A stretch of 8,446 bases of DNA, taken from the IMG/VR virus record IMGVR_UViG_2740892235_000006; one strand, written 5' to 3'. The DNA comes from a virus. Its lineage: Duplodnaviria; Heunggongvirae; Uroviricota; Caudoviricetes. A model generated the notes under the pieces. It was not told where the DNA came from, ran no database searches, and saw only the letters and a program-made list of their open reading frames with translations. Positions within the stretch are counted from its first letter, which is position 1. Each line of letters starts with the position of its first letter. The translations under genes and the position numbers were made by a program. Below, piece after piece: positions 5,858 through 8,446 of this stretch.

Positions 5858-6672
5858 GTATGGAGCTGATGGTTAAAGCGATGAAAATTCGAGTGGGTAA
5901 TCCATTGCGAAAACTGGTTCTGATCAAGCTGGCTGATAATGCCAGCGATCAGGGTGAGTGCTGGCCCAGCTACCAGCATATTGCTGACCAGTGCGAGATT
6001 AGCAAACGTTCTGTGATGAATCATATTGCGGCCCTTTGTGAGTCCGGGCTGGTAAAAAAAGTCACCCGGAAAGGTGAAAAAGGTAACTCAAGTAATATCT
6101 ATCTCCTTCATCTTGATGGTGCAGGAGATTCACTAGGGGGTAGTGCAAATAATTCACTATCTGGTGCAGCAAATTCACCAGGTAGTGCAGGAGTTGCACC
6201 AGGGGGTAGTGCAGGAGATTCACCCAGAACCAGTCACTCTTTTGAACCAGTCAAAGAACCAGTCAATGAACCAATAGCTGTTGGTGCATCTGCTGATGAG
6301 TCTGTGCGAGTTCGTTCAAACCGACCGGAATACTCTCCGGAGTTTGAGCAGGCATGGCTGGCATATCCCAAACGTGCTGGTGGCAATTCAAAATCTGCAG
6401 CCTTCAAAGCCTGGAAAGCCCGTTTGAATGAGGGGGTAAACCCCGAAACCATGCTGGAAGGTGTGAAACGCTACGCGGGCTGGGTATCTGCGATGGGTAA
6501 CAGCGGCACACAATTTGTGAAACAGGCTGTCACGTTCTTTGGTCCGGATCGTCATTTCGAAGAATCCTGGGAAGTTCCTGCGGTATCTGTAGCCGGACGT
6601 GAGGACCCGTACTTCAAAGCCAGTTACGACAACGTGGACTACAGCCAGATCCCGGCAGGATTCAGGGGGTGA
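5854..6672 (+). CDS. Replication initiation protein (lambda O-like organiser): N-terminal winged-helix/HTH domain, central Gly/Ser/Ala-rich linker, C-terminal domain; 272 aa
   Basis: SD GGAGG 6 nt upstream. N-terminus MSMELMVKAMKIRVGNPLRKLVLIKLADNASDQGECWPSYQHIADQCEISKRSVMNHIAALCESGLVKK looks like the HTH of phage replication proteins. Position after cII and Rha is typical. The linker is encoded by direct repeats. Confidence 0.7.
   Translation: MSMELMVKAMKIRVGNPLRKLVLIKLADNASDQGECWPSYQHIADQCEISKRSVMNHIAALCESGLVKKVTRKGEKGNSSNIYLLHLDGAGDSLGGSANNSLSGAANSPGSAGVAPGGSAGDSPRTSHSFEPVKEPVNEPIAVGASADESVRVRSNRPEYSPEFEQAWLAYPKRAGGNSKSAAFKAWKARLNEGVNPETMLEGVKRYAGWVSAMGNSGTQFVKQAVTFFGPDRHFEESWEVPAVSVAGREDPYFKASYDNVDYSQIPAGFRG
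6118..6275. repeat. Iteron-like direct repeats inside the O-like gene, preceded by an AT-rich stretch (6081-6117); candidate replication origin
   Basis: Five imperfect 16-19-bp repeats with consensus GGT(AGT)GCAGGAGATTCAC starting at 6118, 6139, 6163, 6181 and 6205, then GAACCAGTCA three times (6228-6237, 6244-6253, 6257-6266) plus a partial fourth (gaaccaa, 6269-6275). Confidence 0.4.
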
Positions 6673-6674
6673 TC

Positions 6675-6767
6675 ATGAGTCTTTTGAATGAAGTTCAGAA
6701 ATTCATTGAAGCCCATCCGGGCTGTACTTCCGGAGACATTGCGGATGCTTTTTACGTGGGGGCTTAA
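6675..6767 (+). CDS. 30-aa ORF (MSLLNEVQKFIEAHPGCTSGDIADAFYVGA), possibly the remnant of a longer gene cut at a module junction
   Basis: Starts 2 nt after the O-like stop and its TAA overlaps the methyltransferase ATG. Its last 15 nt are shared with the different gene found upstream of the second methyltransferase copy. Confidence 0.3.
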   Translation: MSLLNEVQKFIEAHPGCTSGDIADAFYVGA

Positions 6768-8047
6768 TGAGTAATAAATATTGCCAGGCGCTGGTAGAAC
6801 TGCGGAACAAACCAGCCCATGAACTGAAGGAAGTGGGCGATCAGTGGCGCACGCCGGACAACATTTTCTGGGGAATTAACACCTTGTTTGGTCCGTTTGT
6901 TCTGGATCTGTTCACTGACGGTGATAACGCCAAATGTGCCGCGTATTACACGGCGGAAGACAACGCGCTGGCGCATGACTGGTCAGAACGTCTTGCGGAG
7001 CTTAAAGGTGCTGCCTTTGGTAATCCCCCATACAGCCGCGCCAGTCAGCATGAGGGGCAATACATCACCGGCATGCGTTACATCATGAAGCATGCCAGTG
7101 CCATGCGTGATAAAGGCGGGCGCTATGTTTTCCTGATTAAAGCTGCCACCAGCGAAGTGTGGTGGCCGGAAGATGCAGATCATATTGCTTTTATTCGCGG
7201 GCGTATTGGTTTTGAACTGCCTGTCTGGTTTATCCCGAAAGACGAGAAGCAGGTACCGACAGGCGCTTTCTTCGCTGGTGCTATTGCTGTTTTCGACAAG
7301 ACCTGGAAGGGACCGGCAATCAGCTACATCGGGCGCGATGAACTTGANNNNNNNNNNCAGAACGAAATAATTTTCTGGCGCGTCGTGAACGGTGTTTACG
7401 GAAAAGCAGCAAGCGGGCTGCATCAGGTGAAGAGTGGTATCTGTCAGGGAATTACGTGGGGGCTTAATGAGTAATAAATATTGCCAGGCGCTGGTGGAAC
7501 TACGGAACAAACCAGCCCATGAACTGAAGGAAGTGGGCGATCAGTGGCGCACGCCGGATAACATTTTCTGGGGAATTAACACCCTGTTTGGCCCGTTTGT
7601 TCTGGATCTGTTCACTGATGGTGATAACGCCAAATGTGCTGCGTATTACACGGCGGAAGACAACGCGCTGGCGCATGACTGGTCAGAACGTCTTGTGGAG
7701 CTTAAAGGTGCTGCCTTTGGTAATCCCCCATACAGCCGCGCCAGTCAGCATGAGGGGCAATACATCACTGGCATGCGTTACATCATGAAGCATGCCAGTG
7801 CCATGCGTGATAAGGGCGGGCGCTATGTTTTCCTGATCAAAGCTGCCACCAGCGAAGTGTGGTGGCCGGAAGATGCAGATCATATTGCTTTTATTCGCGG
7901 GCGTATTGGTTTTGAACTGCCTGCCTGGTTTATCCCGAAAGACGAGAAGCAGGTGCCGACAGGAGCGTTCTTCGCTGGTGCTATTGCTGTTTTCGACAAG
8001 ACCTGGAAGGGACCGGCAATCAGCTACATCGGGCGCGATGAACTTGA
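6752..8047. repeat. Two near-identical methyltransferase tiles (6752-7347 and 7452-8047) with different upstream contexts, separated by the N10 gap at 7348-7357
   Basis: Identity begins at the shared string ttacgtgggggcttaatgagtaataaata; sequence further upstream differs completely between the two copies. Confidence 0.85.
6767..7347 (+). CDS. Phage Dam-type N6-adenine DNA methyltransferase, copy 1, truncated at the N10 gap 7348-7357
   Basis: NPPY catalytic motif (GNPPYS) encoded at 7022-7033. Reads MSNKYCQALVELRNKPAHELKEVGDQWRTPDNIFWGINTLFGPFVLDLFTDGDNAKCAAYY. Typical nin-region position after the replication gene. Confidence 0.8.
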
Positions 8048-8120
8048 GGCATGTGGTGAGGCCTTTCTGGCGCAGGTTCGCCAGCAGGCGGAAAAACTGG
8101 TCAGGGAGATGGCGGCATGA
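7467..8120 (+). CDS. Phage Dam-type N6-adenine DNA methyltransferase, copy 2, complete at 217 aa
   Basis: Same protein as copy 1 with two amino-acid differences (A to V, V to A) and several synonymous changes. NPPY motif present. The track ORF 7434-8120 starts at an upstream in-frame ATG; the start at 7467 matches copy 1. Confidence 0.85.
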   Translation: MSNKYCQALVELRNKPAHELKEVGDQWRTPDNIFWGINTLFGPFVLDLFTDGDNAKCAAYYTAEDNALAHDWSERLVELKGAAFGNPPYSRASQHEGQYITGMRYIMKHASAMRDKGGRYVFLIKAATSEVWWPEDADHIAFIRGRIGFELPAWFIPKDEKQVPTGAFFAGAIAVFDKTWKGPAISYIGRDELEACGEAFLAQVRQQAEKLVREMAA

Positions 8121-8446
8121 CGACGTTAACTCAATGCCAGCAGCAGGTGCTGGATATGCTGATTTCTTACCAGCAAGAACGTGGCTTCCCGCCAACTAAT
8201 CAGGAGGTGGCAACCATGCTGGGATACCGTTCAGTGAATGCAGCGGTGGAGCATCTTCGCGCACTGGAGAAAAAAGGCGTCATCACGATAAANNNNNNNN
8301 NNTCAGAAAGAGCGTGGCTTTCCGCCAACCAATCAGGAGGTGGCAACCATGCTGGGATACCGTTCGGTGAATGCAGCGGTGGAGCATCTTCGCGCACTGG
8401 AGAAAAAAGGCGTCATCACGATAAAGCGTGGCGTGGCCCGGGGGAT
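8117..8446 (+). CDS. LexA N-terminal DNA-binding-domain-like (winged helix) protein, partial; runs off the window end and crosses the N10 gap at 8293-8302
   Basis: ATG 8117 overlaps the methyltransferase stop (ATGA). [59 protein letters not shown] aligns by eye to the LexA N-terminus ([58 protein letters not shown]). Segment 8303-8425 repeats 8170-8292 with substitutions and extends to ...KRGVARG. Confidence 0.65.
   Translation, partial: MTTLTQCQQQVLDMLISYQQERGFPPTNQEVATMLGYRSVNAAVEHLRALEKKGVITIXXXXSERAWLSANQSGGGNHAGIPFGECSGGASSRTGEKRRHHDKAWRGPGD

Noticed and set aside
6118-6226. Gly/Ser/Ala-rich repeat region as a diversity-generating retroelement variable region
   Set aside because: No reverse transcriptase nearby and substitutions between units are not adenine-specific; iterons or linker repeats fit better.
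5785-8397. Antisense or alternative-frame track ORFs within the replication, methyltransferase and LexA-like genes (5785-6024, 6234-6452, 6764-6976, 6888-7088, 6983-7510, 7173-7370, 7588-7788, 7683-8195, 7873-8199, 8200-8397)
   Set aside because: Each overlaps a better-supported gene with a recognisable domain; several also cross N gaps or are duplicated only because the underlying tiles are duplicated.

Overview
This window reads as the immunity and early region of a lambdoid (temperate) prophage, probably enterobacterial (GC about 50%). A leftward operon at the start carries a 120-aa protein and a protein of at least 270 aa, both of unknown function. It is followed by roughly 700 bp of structured, apparently non-coding DNA and then a CI-type repressor on the minus strand (helix-turn-helix plus S24 LexA-like autopeptidase, 2882-3574). 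A divergent operator/promoter region (3575-3671) leads into a rightward operon: Cro-like regulator, CII-like regulator (186 CII/CP76-like), a 387-aa ORF whose last 185 aa are a Rha-family regulatory domain, a 74-aa ORF, an O-like replication initiator with internal iteron-like repeats, a 30-aa remnant ORF, a phage Dam-type N6-adenine methyltransferase (two copies) and a LexA-DNA-binding-domain-like protein that runs off the window end. The window contains eight runs of exactly 10 N. Each is flanked by sequence that re-starts 60-600 bp earlier with a few mostly synonymous differences, so the window is a tiled scaffold of two or three diverged copies of the same prophage module, and ORFs crossing gaps are chimeric. 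No tRNA, rRNA, CRISPR array, integrase or transposase was found. Family assignments rest on motifs I recognise by eye (GDSM and K in the S24 domain, NPPY in the methyltransferase, the Rha and LexA N-terminal signatures); no database search was run. The most interesting items are the long structured leader with an intrinsic terminator and no N-like gene, a G6 homopolymer where the 387-aa ORF may be composite, an iteron cluster inside the O-like gene, and the methyltransferase coupled to a LexA-like protein.
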